From Callorhinchus milii (lineage: Eukaryota), in contig NW_024704742.1 of assembly GCF_018977255.1 (NCBI RefSeq), forward strand, positions 11,410,001-11,474,000: a stretch of DNA of 64,000 nt, written 5' to 3'. Both the position numbers and the translations under genes were made by a program. The notes below the pieces were generated by a model, which made no database searches, was not told the origin of the DNA, and was given only the letters and a program-made list of their open reading frames with translations. Numbering within the stretch: the first letter of the stretch is position 1; each line of letters begins with the position of its first letter. Positions 38,924 through 52,235 of the stretch are shown here, one piece after another.

Positions 38924-41782
38924 GTTTAGATAGACAAATAGACCTGCCTGAAACCCTATGTTTCTGGGTGAAAGATAATGTTCAGTAACGTTTCTCACCA
39001 TGTGCTAGATACCTAGATTTGACTCACAGCAAGAAGCTATCATTGGTGTGGTAATAAAATCCTTTCAGTAACAACCTACAAAATATCTGGTTGGATTCAA
39101 GATGTAGATTGGTGTTGGGAGAACATTGATGTTGATAACGGGGGTGCGGGGTCAGGTGTTTGCTGGTGATAGGAGAGAAAAGGCTGAAGTTGAGGGCATT
39201 ACCAGTGATGGGCAGGGATGGGGGGAATGCAGGGTGATGGTAACAAGGGTATGTGGCATGCAATTCATTCAGGTTTAATGCGAGCACGAAGAATGATCTG
39301 TTGTTAAATACGACTACTAATCACTAAATTGATTACCTTTGCACTCTATGTATCCATCCACTGTAAAGCATTCAAATCCCAACACATTAACTGTCACTAA
39401 TTGTACATCTTGTCTGCAGTGCCCCATCATAAACCAGCAATCATACTTTCATCAAACAATTCATAACTTTTACACAACCCTCTACCCTTTGCTCTGATGT
39501 AAAGGATTTTACATAAATTAAGTAATCAACTAATAAATGATCATCATCAACCAACTAATCTTTCTCTGAAAGTCTCGGTCAGTTTTCAATCTATTAAGCA
39601 AGTTGTTTACTTCAAGCTATTGAGAGAATTGAATTTTCCACTGCTGGTCCTTACACACCAGTGAAACCTGTAAGCATGTGTTAGAGTCAGGTTTACCCAC
39701 AAAATACACACAGTCACACACTTTACAGTTTACCTTCTGAAGGCTTTGAGACATCTTGATGATGGAATAAAGTCCTACATGAAATGCTAGCTTCTTAAAA
39801 AATATATTATTTGAAGATATTGTCCTACATGCAACTGGTTTTGGTAGCTGGTGCATTCACAAAATTTGTTCCTTTAAGAATTGTATCTGAAAAGTTTATC
39901 CCACATGATGGTTGTTGCACATAATTGTCTCTGCTATGCTTTGTAATGCTTGCACTACTACTCAGAGAAACTCTTCATTAGAATGGAGTCTGTTCTGTAC
40001 AAAACCACCAATTTTCATCTCTATCTTTCTCAGTTGTGCATCCTGCACCTCAAGTGCCCTATTGCCTTTATTCACTCAATAGTTGTAAAGTGGTTACAGT
40101 CTCATACCACATCACTACCTGGAACAATTGATGTTTTTTTTATCCTGTGCCCTAGACAGTTCACTTTTCCACGTTTTATTATTGGAATTGACTTGCTGAG
40201 GGATATTGCAGCAGAACAGGATACTCTTCTCAATGTGGCATCCAGATACTCAATAGTTAGAGCAGTATCACTGAATTGTGGTCAGAAGGCACCCGAAGCC
40301 CAGAGGTTGCTGAAACCAATTGTCTACCACTGCCTCCATTGCAATCCTCAATTGCACCAGAGAGCAGGGATTGAACCTTTAACTCTACCTGCCTGTGTGT
40401 CTTAGTTGCTCCCTTTTAAGGTTAATTAAAGAGTTTTAAATCTTCCTATTTAAGCTGGGCCTCCCCATCTTATATAACTGCAATATGTCAATAAAGGGGT
40501 TGGATTTCTTCTTGCATGTTGATGTTTATCAAAAGTATTTATGTTGCCTTACCAGGGAAAGATGAAACAGGTGATTTATTTTAAGGAGTACTGCTATGTT
40601 GCTGAGGTATGAACCATCTATGCAACAGTACATCGTTACTCCTTACTATTATTTTGGACTGAAGTCAAATAGACTATACATCTAATGAGTCCTTTTACTT
40701 TCATCTCTCAGTGCTAAATTTAGGTTGATACCCATTGCCGAAAGCACAACAATTCTTTCTTTCTTTGACAGAACAATATGATGCTACATAACACACCAGT
40801 CATCTTGTTAAATAATTTAGTTGGATGTAATGTACCAAATGTCAGAACATGTTTATTGATCAGACTTAATGGGTTGCTGTACTATTTGAGATGGTGTATG
40901 TTTTTGTTGGCCCACAGTCAGAAGAATATCCTCAATATGACCAAATTATATGACAAAAACTTTGAAAGTGGTGTTATATCTCGACAGTGCAGAGGTATGC
41001 CTCTGGCTCTGCATTATGTTCTGTTTCATCAAGCAAAGCATGGCCCATGCTCACTCACATGCATGTGCAATCCTATATCATCAAGCATCCCTTACTTTAT
41101 TGTAATGAAGCTGGTGTGTAAAAAAATACACACTAAGACAGAGTCATCTGGGAGGTCACTGGTTCAATCCCCCTTGTGTGCTCAGTGAGCTATCAATGGG
41201 TGTTGGTTGAGCACATGATGATGTTTAGCTGTGTTTATCTGGTAAGCAAATTCCTTGCAGATATTCACTGTTTTGGTAATGCAGCTGAGAAGTGGCCATT
41301 TTGTTTCTAAGTTCATGGTGTGTATATTTCACTTTAGCAGCAGACTTTGTGTGATACAAAGATTTTTGATGGGGAGTTGGGGACCTATGTGCATTTGGTA
41401 AGGAAAGTAAATTTACATCTTCACTGTTTTCTTTTTATCTGTCTTACCCACCTCTCTGCCCTTCTTCAAGTCACACCTAAAAGCTTTTGTCTTTAACCGT
41501 ACCTTCCCTCCTTTTCTGGCTTGGCATCAAACTATGCCATTGTTAAACTCTCCAAGACGCTACCCATGTGAAAGGCATTATTTAACTGCAAGTTCTTGTT
41601 GTTATTGCTTTGGCTCAGTGAGTAAGAAAAGGCAACAGTTAGCACAAGGGCTGAATATTATTTCAAAAGATCTGACTGCGGTAGTCTGGAATAGAATTTT
41701 TGTTTGGGGAGTGGTGGTGCAAAGTGTGAATGAACCTTTGCAGCAGTAATGGTTTGAGGACAATCTGTTCCAGGATCCAGTT

Positions 41783-42113
41783 TTAATAATAATAATAATA
41801 ATCCTTGCATTTGATATAGCGCTTTTCACGACGGGAGGACGTCCCAAAGCGCTTCACAGAACACACTGCAAAGTGAATTGACTGTATTTTTTGTGGGTGA
41901 ATGCGGCAGCCAATTGCGCACAACAATGTTCCACAAACAGTCGTAGATTGAAAATGACCAATTTTATTATTGTTTTTTTTTGGTTTTGGAGGGATTATTA
42001 TTAGGCTCTGTGTGGAGTAAGGAAACTTTCCCAAGGTTTCGCCCTCTGCCTGGAATTGAACCCAGGTCTCTCGCTTGCAAAGCGAGTGCTCTAACCACTG
42101 AGCTACAGGACTC
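41783..42113 (-). mobile_element. Young family A SINE, short form
   Basis: Full length; sister of 52236-52561. Confidence 0.93.
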
Positions 42114-43196
42114 CAGAATATTTTACCCAGAATATGAACACATTCTCCCCAATGGGAAAATGTGACCTTTTAATAGTTGGCATAATAAATGCTCTTTTAA
42201 TTTTTTACTTTATTGAGAAACTTTGCTTTGTCTTCACTGATGACCTCTTTAGTTTGCAAACTAGTTCCCAATAATTTTGCACAGTGGAGAGATCGCCAGC
42301 ATTCGTTCTTTATGGATAGATCTGTTGGGACTACATTAGCAAGTGATACTGTACACCAGTGATTAATGATCCTCGGCCCCTGGAGTCTTTCCTTTCTCCT
42401 GTAATCTACAAACTGGTACCTAACCACAAGCGAGGCTGTTTAACTCAGCCTTTCACCCGTTCTTTTCACCTTCCATGGTTTTCATCTTTCATCCATGGTT
42501 CTCTGTCAAATATCTTTCTTAGTAACACGACTGATTAGTTGACGGAAATGTAGTGTTCTTATTTATTATTCCTTCTTCAGTTACCAATTTGTGGTTTGGG
42601 AAAACTTGTTTTTAAGGATACCTTTGCCGAAATATTCCAGGGTAGAGAGCAGAATGGGTTGATTGTTAGCCTGTAATAATTCAAACTGCTGGAGATGTCA
42701 GGATCCAGAACCTCCAGAAACAACAGAACTATATCACTTGTATTACAACGGTGCAGCTAGAGGCTTTAGTCCAATTAATTCTGTGTTCAAACTGCCTCAG
42801 TGTCGTGGTGGCCTGAGGTTTAGCAACACCATTTGTTTAAATGCTACAGGGCTGACAAATTACCTCCCTGTTTCAAGGTTATTCGGTTGAACTGTTAGAC
42901 CAGCATTCGTCATCATTTAGTCACATCATTGACCCACCACTTCATTAAGTAGCTCTTGAATATCCAGTTCAAGTTACACATCCGTCTGTTTTTTTCCTAA
43001 TACAAAACAGTGGTTTCCAATCATGTTTTTAGCACTTCCTCTGCAATTGGCCTCCATGTGATACGCCTTCACTTCTATGACTTAGGTGGCTGAGGCTCTG
43101 TTGTTTTTCAAGGTCCAAACATACAGTAGTTGCACATTCTCTTCATAATAATATGCATAGCTTGATAACTTGTGTCATGTCTGATTTATCCTGCAG

Positions 43197-43410
43197 CCTT
43201 CAGCCGAGCTCCAGTTCCAATGGCTGTGGTCAGGAGGGAGTTGTCTTGTGAAAGTTACCCAATTGAGCTCCGTTGTCCGGGAACTGACGTCATTATGATC
43301 GAAAGTGCCAATTACGGACGGACAGATGACAAAATCTGCGATGCTGACCCAGCCCAGATGGAGAACATTCGGTGTTATCTGCCAGACGCCTATAAGATAA
43401 TGTCACAGAG
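43197..43410 (+). CDS. ADGRL3: Internal coding exon (214 bp) of adhesion GPCR L3 / latrophilin-3, N-terminal half of the SUEL/rhamnose-binding lectin domain
   Basis: Translation (A)[70 protein letters not shown](R) matches my recollection of mammalian ADGRL3. [19 protein letters not shown] and PAQMENIR are ADGRL3-type residues, whereas ADGRL1/2 have PFGL, EGY, PGSD and PFQME. Canonical acceptor tttatcctgcag ends at 43196 and donor gtaagt starts at 43411. Phase 1 start, phase 2 end. Confidence 0.96.
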
Positions 43411-43774
43411 GTAAGTGCAGAGAAAACTTACCGTGCAGCTTTGTAGGCTAGGGAAGGTGGTTTCTATAATTTGTACTGCCTTGGTGTTTTCCGGAACACA
43501 GTGAGAGCATGCCAGACAACAAATGGGTCCATTGTTCACGGAGTCAAACTTGAACTTTGCCCATTAATCTGTAAGTCAGCAGTGTCCCAGCCGTGGGGCT
43601 CGTTGCAGATTTGACTGTACCAAATGGGTGTGTGGTGTTTGATCCCAAATTTGTGCCACATATTGGAACTTCCAAAAGCGTTTGCAGGATCAGTACATGT
43701 GTCAGTTGTTGCCAATTAAATAGGTTCTTGCATTTTAAAATCAATCTTTTGCCAATAGAAAATGATTTTCAACA

Positions 43775-44106
43775 ACAACAACTTGGATTTATATAGCGCC
43801 CTCCACGCCAGACGGCGTCTCAGAGCGCTTTACAGTTTCGGATCCCGGGAGCGAGCCAGGGGGAGGGGGGAGGGAAGGTGACCAAAGGCGCGGTCGAAAA
43901 GAAAGGTCTTCAGCAGAGACCTGAAAATGGGAAGGGAGGAAGCAAGGCGAAGGGAGTGAGGAAGGCAGTTCCAGAGCCTCGGGGCGTAGTGGCTGAAGGC
44001 ACGGCTGTCGAGGGTGGTGCGGAGGACTCGGGGGACAAAGAGGAGGCCAGACCCGGAGGAATGAAGGCAACAGGTACTGTGCTGAGGAGAGAGGAGGTCA
44101 GAGAGG
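43775..44106 (-). mobile_element. L2 3' fragment (distinct subfamily) with 9-bp TSD
   Basis: Peptide RAFSHYAPRLWNCLP..LKTFLFDRAF; TTTTCAACA at 43766-43774 and 44107-44115. Confidence 0.92.
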
Positions 44107-44182
44107 TTTTCAACACAGTTAAACCACATTCCTCATTCCAGCCACAGAAACAGAGAGAAATGGAGGGGAAATCGGGTCTCTT

Positions 44183-45212
44183 CAACAACAACAACAAGAT
44201 TCAATTTATAGAGCACCTTTCACGTCGGGAGGACATCCCAAGGCGCTGTACAGTTAGGTCAGGACCCGAACAGGGGGGAAATGGTCAGGGTGAGGGGAGG
44301 GAAGGGAGGGAGCGAGGAGGGGGTATAGAGTCGAGAGGGGAGCTGAAGGCACGGTCAAAGAGAAAGGTCTTGAGACCGGCCTTGAAGGAGGAAAGGGAGG
44401 AGGCGGAGAAGGCACTGGGGGATGGAGTTCCAGAGCCTAGGGGCTGAGAGGCTGAAGGCCCCGCCACCGATGGTAGGGCGGTTGGGGCGGGGGATGTGGA
44501 GCAGACCGGAGCCAGAGGAACGGAGGCTACGGGTAGGTAAGTAGGGGGATAGTAGGTCAGAGAGGTAGGAGGGAACAAGGCCGTGAATGGCCTTGTAGGT
44601 GAGGATGAGGATCTTGAATTTGATCCTCTGGGGGATGGGGAGCCAGTGGAGGTGAGCGAGGGTGGGAGTGATGTGGTCCCGAAGCCTGGTGCGGGACAGT
44701 ACACGAGTTCTGAATGACCTGCAGCTTGTGGAGGGAGGTGCCGGGAAGGCCGGCGAGGAGAGAGTTCCCATAGTCCAGCCTTGAGGTGATAAAGGTGTGG
44801 ACCAGAGTTTCACCAGCGTGAGGGGTGAGGTAGTGCCGTAGTCTGGCGATATTCCGGAGTTGATGGAAGGCGGTGCCAGTTGTGGCGCAGACATGGGGGA
44901 GAAAGGACAGCTCAGGGTCGAACAGAACGCCGAGGTTCCTGACTGCTTTGAGAGGTGGAGAGTGCAGCCTTGGATGCTGATGTTGTCAGCGCCTGAGGTG
45001 CGGAGGCGCTGACGTGAGCCAATCAGGAAGGCCTCAGTTTTATGTACGTTGAGCTGAAGAAAGTTGTCTCTCGTCCAGGACTCGATGTCGGACAGGCAGC
45101 TGTCAGGACATCGGTGGTCGTGGAGTTGAGGGTAGAGGAGGAAAGGTAGAGTTGGGTGTCATCCACATACATGTGGAAGTTAACCCCATGTCTGCGGATG
45201 ATGTCACCAACA
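44183..45212 (-). mobile_element. Young L2 LINE 3' ~1 kb
   Basis: Peptides FHMYVDDTQLY, LHWLPIPQRIKFKILILTYK and LKTFLFDRAF; highly similar to 63149-64000. Confidence 0.94.
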
Positions 45213-45507
45213 TCTAAACAAGAAAGTTTATTCAATATGTTGGATGTGGACTTCCCGCAAGTACGAATGCACACACCACAACCACATTTCTAGCATTCAC
45301 AGCTTTCTTTTTATCTCCTTCTGAATGACATATCTGATTTTTTTTATATGGCGTTCTACTGGAGAGATAGATAGTGGAATGTCATTTCCCTTCCTTTCTG
45401 AGACATGCGTTTCCAGTTGCGGTGGTGGTGATTTAACCTTGTGGAAACTTAGTTTTTTCAGGCAAAGTTCCCATTATATTTGAGTTGTTTATTCGGGAAA
45501 TGAATTG

Positions 45508-45833
45508 ATAATAATAATAATAATAATCCTTGCAGTTGATATAGCGCTTTTCACATCGGGAGGACGTCCCAAAGCGCTTCACAGAATACACTGTAAAGTG
45601 AATTGACTGTATATTTGTGGGCAAACGCGGCAGCCAATTGCGCACAGCAATGTCCCACAAACAGTCGTAGATTGAAAATGACCAATTTATTATTGTTTTT
45701 GGTTTTGGAGGGATTATTATTAGACCTGTGGAGTAAGGAAACTTGCCCAAGGTTTCGCCCTGACGGGAATTGAACTCAGGTCTCTCACTTGCAAAGCGAG
45801 TGCTCTAACCACTGAGCTACAGGACTCCACAAA
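45508..45833 (-). mobile_element. Young family A SINE, short form
   Basis: Full length; sister of 37322-37642. Confidence 0.93.
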
Positions 45834-46329
45834 TGATGATCTTGAATCCAGTTTCAAAATAAATAAAATAAGGAATGTATTTGAATGATTACTGCCCGGT
45901 GGGAGACCTAATTGGAGAGCACCCGGAAAGGGTATTTAGAAGGATTTGGATTTAATTGTCTGTTGAGAAACTTCAAAGAATTAAGCTGTCATCCAGGATA
46001 GGCTCTCATATATAGCCTGAAAACAACATGCAATCCACCCCTTGCTAATGCAGCCTGCATACAATATGCAATCCACCCCTTCTATTACACCCTGCTAATA
46101 CCATACATGGAATGGTATCGGGTGCAATCAGGCCATTTGGCACAACTAATCTGTGCTAATGTTTATACTCCACATGAGCCCCCTCCCCTCCGAATTCAGT
46201 CAAAGAAAGTACCCTTATAAGTCGTTGGTGTTGAGAACTTTCTGGCATTTTTTGTATAGAGCTTTTAAATCAGCCATTGGGAGGTGATGACGAAGTTGCC
46301 CTTTTCTAGTGGAACGAGATGCCCGCTTC

Positions 46330-46604
46330 GCTCCACATCAATAAGCTTGAAAGGTTAGGCCCCAGCAGTTACCCCAATGCACACTCTGGGGTCCTCAAGC
46401 CTTGGCTCTTGCCAACCTGTGCCAAATACTCTTTGGAAACGCGATGTGTCCCCCTCCAGGGAGAGAGTGCGCATTCCTTTCCAACAGTCTACCTCTGGGA
46501 TTTCCATCTATAGGTGGGATGCATGAAATTCTCAGTTTGGTTTGGATACTCTTAAGCATAGTGATGGGTTTTCGTGTGTGTCAGACACCCAGTTGACCAA
46601 AAAA
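46330..46604 (+). mobile_element. Family C repeat, 3' part with A tail
   Basis: acactctggggtcctcaagc at 46381; ends gtcagacacccagttgaccaaaaaa. Confidence 0.75.
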
Positions 46605-49104
46605 GATAATAATTCAGGAACGTAACATAGCAGTTTCAGGAACCTGAGCGAAGAGAATAGTGTTCTGTGGAGCTGCCTGTTCGTGTGCCAGTGTACTACA
46701 ACATCATGTAATAGGTTTCCCCTGAATCTTGGAAAAAATGCATTTCACTTGCTCAGAACACAACCTGCTTGCAACCAAAACACACAACAACAAATAGAGC
46801 TCGAGAGACCTATGCTGTTGTGACATCTAATGGCTGCATGCTGGGTTCTTGTGGACATTAAGTTTAGGTAAGTGCAGAGATGGAGACCAAGGTCAAGGAG
46901 CAGAAGATAAGTGAAGTTCTACAGAGATGTATTCTGTGTCCCACAGTTATCCCTGATGTTTCTGTTGAGGGTGAAAACAGTTATGATAATGAAACCTTGT
47001 TCACACTACATGTATTCATCACTGTTTTGGAGGAAAATATTCTTGTAGAATTAAGAGTTTAGCATTCTACAAATTTTATCAAATATGCATTATCTTCAAA
47101 TAAGTAAGTCAATGTATGATATGAATCTATACACTATTAAGGGGGAATCCAGGCTAACTGAAGTAGATTATTTTAAGATAATGCATATTTGACAACAATA
47201 AACTGTAAATTATGCAATACAATTGCAGTTGCTCAGAACAAAAGCTACTTGCAACCAAAATCATTACCAAATGATAAGAGGTGGTGATGGAAAAGGTTTG
47301 GGTTGTGATTGTTGAGTGTTCACCTAAGAATCTGAAACAACATGAAAGTGCTCTCAGCAAATACTACAGTCATTTGCATCTTAAAGTCATCTGAGTAACT
47401 GTCGAGATAAATTATTGTAATGTCTTATAATCCATGCTGAGGTCAGATTAGGAATATTGGGGTCTAATTTCAAGAGTCAAGGGATTCCTGCAGGTCTTGA
47501 ATTGAGGGAGGCCCACCCAGGTCCTGTAGACCTGTTCACTGGAACTCCTCTCAGACACTTAACTCTGTGAAGTGAGTTACATCCTGCTATACTACTCAGA
47601 GTAGAGTTTCATCAGATGGGTACTTAATAATAATGCGTTTTTCACAAACTAGACTCTTACGTGTTTTCAACTTGAAGGCAGAGAAGAGCACCCAGTCTAG
47701 GAATTCCAGGTTTGGGAACTCTTGTTCTCAGGAGAGGTTCACAGAGATGAAATTATTGTGGTTAAGTAATTGAGGATAATATTGGAGGAAATCACAAGAG
47801 TTGGAGATTGAAATGACACAGGATTTCTGTGGGGTTGGCGTATTAGCGATTGAATTGTGCTTAGTGTTAACATTGGCAAAATAATAATTTTTAGTATTAA
47901 GCACACTTCAGAAAGCAGTTGTGTCATTCTGAGTAGTGATGTGGAAATAGATAAATATTCTGAAGCTTTTGCTTAACTTTGTCATATTCTGATATTCTGT
48001 GAATATCTATGCAGTGTGTCTCTTAACATTTGTAATGTGTTAGGTTTAGTGTAATTTATATAAGGTAGAGCTTGATCAGTCAAATAGGCTTTTTTATATT
48101 CTTGTACCTACGAGTCAAATGCAGGTAAATTGTCATGTTGCGTGATTTACTTCTGTTTTATTTAAGAGAAGAGTATATTTAAATCAGATTTTCCTAAAAT
48201 GAAGATTTAGTGTTTCCTGACTTGTCAAATCTCTTAGCCAAAGTTAGAATTGTTTTAGTTTACTACTAATCTGCAAAATCACTCCATAAAACTTTTTTGG
48301 ACCATGATTTCAAACTGCTAGGTCAAAGTGCAGCTCAGACAGATTTTAAAATGAGTGTAGTGTGCCAGCAAACAAACATCGCAGAAATTAACAGGGATCC
48401 TTTTGCCTTCCCAGTTTTGTTTACAAAATATACAGTCAATTCACTGTACGTTATAATTGGTGAAAAATTTTGAGAGTCTGGAAGACATATTCTTATTATT
48501 ATTATTAAATAGCCTGAAATCACTTTTGAAGCTGAAGTTAAAAGTTGTGGGTTATCAGTTTGGAGTTCAAGGTGATGAAAACTGACCTAAATTATTTTTT
48601 GTCTTAAAAATTGTCATGATTTTAATATTTGGATACTGGGTAGGCATAAGGCAAGCAATGGGGGTCGTGAGAATGCTACTAATTATTTATCATAACTGCC
48701 TGCGTGGCTGCTGTTAAAATAGACAAGGACTGATGCAGTGTCCAGTTTCTGAGAAGATTTGTTGGCGGGAGTCGGGTGGGTGGGGGGGAAGGGGGGTCAG
48801 AATTATTTCTTAAGGGTTTCTGCACTATCTGGGCATAGCCCTCTTCAGTCTCTCTCTTGCTGCACAACCGCTGATCACGTGTAACCAGGGAGAGGATTGT
48901 GCCTGAAGGGAGCGACTCTCCAAGTGAGTGAAATACCACACATATAAAATGATGAAAACTTAAAGTAATTTAATAGCGTTGTGAACATTAAACAATCAAA
49001 TCCAACTCGACTGGGACACATTAAGAAATGGCAAAAGGAGATGTAATGAATCAGTTGGAAAACCTGCATTTTTTAAGCGCTTCGTTTTTTTTCTAAAACG
49101 ATGC

Positions 49105-49348
49105 ACTAAGTAGGAATACGGTTGTTAGTCAATTGACAGATTCCTTTTCCGGGGTTAATAATCTCTAATAATAATAATTTGGTCACTCAATCCATGGCTG
49201 TTTGTGGGACGCTGCTGTGCGCAATTTGCTGCTACACTTGCCCACAAAATATACAGTCAATTTACTTTACAGTATATTCTGTGAAGCGCTTTGAGACGTC
49301 TCGAAGACATGAAAAAGTACTATATAAAATGCAAGGATTATTATTATT
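49105..49348 (+). mobile_element. 5'-truncated family A SINE, long form
   Basis: agtaggaatacggttgttagtc, core and tail. Confidence 0.82.
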
Positions 49349-50521
49349 TTCCATCTGCCACATTGACTTAGATGGAAAGTAGGTGAGATGCTCTCAAGCC
49401 TCTGTGACTGCTGCCTTAGAATAGCTGTTGTGACCCGGGCAAGTGTCACTGTGGGAAGCTCATCTACACTTGGCATCTTTGATGTGACCAGATATTCAGC
49501 ATCGCTAATGCAAACCTTTTATGAAAGTATAAGGGTGATTAGCCAAGCTGTTTCTGGCTATCAGGAAACAAAGACATGAGGAGGAAAGATTAAGTTTTGG
49601 GAAAAAGAGAAGAGTTAAAGGCATTTTTAAGTTTATCAAGGGGATTGATCGATTGAATTATAAAAATTGTTCACCTTTACAAGGGGACACAACTTTTTGT
49701 TAAAAAAAATGCGTTAAGAATAAAGCAGTGACCTCAATTTATTTTGCGCAAAAATTCTAAATACATTTTCAGAGAACGCTGTAAAGGGAATGGGAGGAAT
49801 AGGTTTAATTGATTATGTTGAGAGAGAGAAATAATTAAGAAGGTGGGTCAGTTGGGATAATAATACTTGCATTTGACATCGTTCTGGTGCCTATAACATA
49901 AAACATCACAAAATACTTCATGGGTTGTGCGAGGGTTGTAACAATGTATTTGTAGGAAAATGAGGCTTTTTGCGAGCAAATAACTATGATGTGAATGACA
50001 ACAACCACAACTTGGAATTTATCTGGTGAATTGTTGGCCAGGACACTGGGAGAAAGTCCCTTTTTTACAGATAGTGCTATGAGATATTTAACATCCAGCT
50101 GAACAGGCATATCTGACCCCAGTTTATTGTCTTATTTATTAGCGTTTTGCCCAATAAATATACATTCAATTCATTTTACAGTGATTCTGTGAAGCGTTTT
50201 GAGACATTTCGAAGATGTGATAAGGTGCTATATCAAATGCAAGGATTATTATTATTATTGGGTTAAGATCAGTGAAAAAAGGCAGGCAGATTGGACCTAA
50301 TGGACGTTTCCTTTTCCTAATACTTCTGTTTATGTAACATTCAGTACTGCAATGTTATGGCGTGTAATTATTTGCTTGTCAATTTTCTTTCCCCAAATTG
50401 TCCCCTGTATACTTTTGACTCCTTTTTCCTTCTATTGCCCTTCAGTACCTGCTCAAGTGGCCTTTATTGATGTGTGAGCCCAAATGGAGGTAACGACAAT
50501 CTATTTGACTGAAGGGATATT

Positions 50522-50718
50522 GAAACGTGGCAGCCAATTGCGCACAGCAGTGTCCAACAAACAGTCGTGAATTGAGTGACCACATTTTTTTTAAGGAATT
50601 GTTATCTCCAGAAAAGTGATCCACCAATCAACTAACAACCGGGATCCTACTTACTGCTAGGCGTGTGGAGTAAGGAAATTTGCCCAACGTTTTGCCCTGA
50701 CCAGTAATTGAACCCAGT
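50522..50718 (-). mobile_element. Partial family A SINE, long form
   Basis: Core and middle segments present. Confidence 0.75.
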
Positions 50719-51821
50719 TAGTTAATGATACAGACAGATACACGAACCTGCAACTCTGGTCTCCGTAGCTGGTGGCTTTACCCACAAAGCCATTGGGGTA
50801 TGTTTGTTCTGTCTTTAGAACCATACAAGTACAGAGCCATTACACCACAACTGCAGCATTATTAGGTCCTTTATATAAAAGAACAAACCTTTTAAGCCCA
50901 CCGCTGAGGTCCTCCTAAGGTTTGACGACATGGAGCCAGAGAAAGAACTTTATAGACTTGGTTGGCAGAAAGCCCAGACTTCTTACTCCAAAACTGAATG
51001 GAAAACTCTCCGTTTCCTGTGTTTAAAGTTTAGACCCAGATTGTTATGAAGGAAAAATCAAAGCATCTTTTGCCCCCAAGATGCACCATTGCTTACTGCC
51101 TCAATAATCTGCTCTTTGTCTTAAGTTTGATGTATGTTTTAATTGTAAAAATCTGTGATTGTGCAGTGGGACAAAACTCAACATAAACTAACTTGGGGAG
51201 AGGGGATAAAATCTAAGAAGATTATCAAATGTTGAAAGCAAAGAGTGATTTGTTTCTGCCAGTTCAGTTAATTCGCACGATTGTTGACAAGAGTCCGACA
51301 CAATTTACAGTGCTGGCCTGTTCCTTGCAAAGAAATAGAATTTGATGAGTTTGCTTGTTTAAAAAGCAGGGGAAACATTTTTTTTATATCATTAGTTAGC
51401 ATCAGAGTATGAAAGGAAATCCTAAGTTACTCTTTATCCTATGCACCCCAGGTTCTCCTGAGTACCTGACTTACTAGATCTTCGAGTTCCTGTTTTTCTT
51501 GGATGGCATACATCAGTCTTGCGTACTAACTTGAATTTCAAACATCGGCGACTGGAATGTTTCCAAATAGTAAATGAGAACCAGGAGTTGTGTATACCCA
51601 TTGTGTATAATGACAAGATTTATAGATCCTCCCCCACCCCCCCGCCCCGTACCCTGAAATACTTCCAAGATTTTACATACTGTGATTTGTACTTCTTTAA
51701 ACCCAAAGTCCCGAATTTAACTTGTGAAACGATGGAATTCGGAATTTGGTGAGTCTTGATTACATTTTCAAGCTGGTTTTGCTTTGGTTTTCAATTGGCA
51801 TAGAGTAAGCATGAGAACACT

Positions 51822-52188
51822 GCTGTAGCTCAGTGGTTACAGCTCTCGCCTCGCAAGCGAGAGACCTGGGTTCCATTCCCGGCAAGGCAAAATATTGGGC
51901 GTAAAGTTTCCTTACTCCACACGCCTCTGTGCACCTTGCATGAAGTAGGAACCCAGTTGTTAGATGATTGGTGGATTGCTTTTCTGGGGATAATAATTCC
52001 TTCAGAAAAATAATAATAATATATTGGTCACTCAATCCACGACTGTTTGTGGGATACTGCTGTAGGCAATTAGCTGCTGCACTTCGCCCACAAAATATAC
52101 AATCAATTCACTTTACAGCATATTCTGTGAAGCGCTTTGAGACATCTAGAAGACGTGAAAAGCGCTATATCAAATGCAAGTATTATTA
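51822..52188 (+). mobile_element. Family A SINE, long form (CGC anticodon loop)
   Basis: ctcgcctcgcaagcgag and gcctctgtgcaccttgcatgaagtaggaacccag. Confidence 0.9.
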
Positions 52189-52235
52189 ATATCAAGAAAT
52201 ATAAAATATTTCTCCAAAATGATAGCCAGTCTCAT

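Noticed and set aside
43172..43196. Start of the ORF-track call MSCLIYPA
   Set aside because: This is intronic sequence upstream of the splice acceptor; the true exon begins at 43197.
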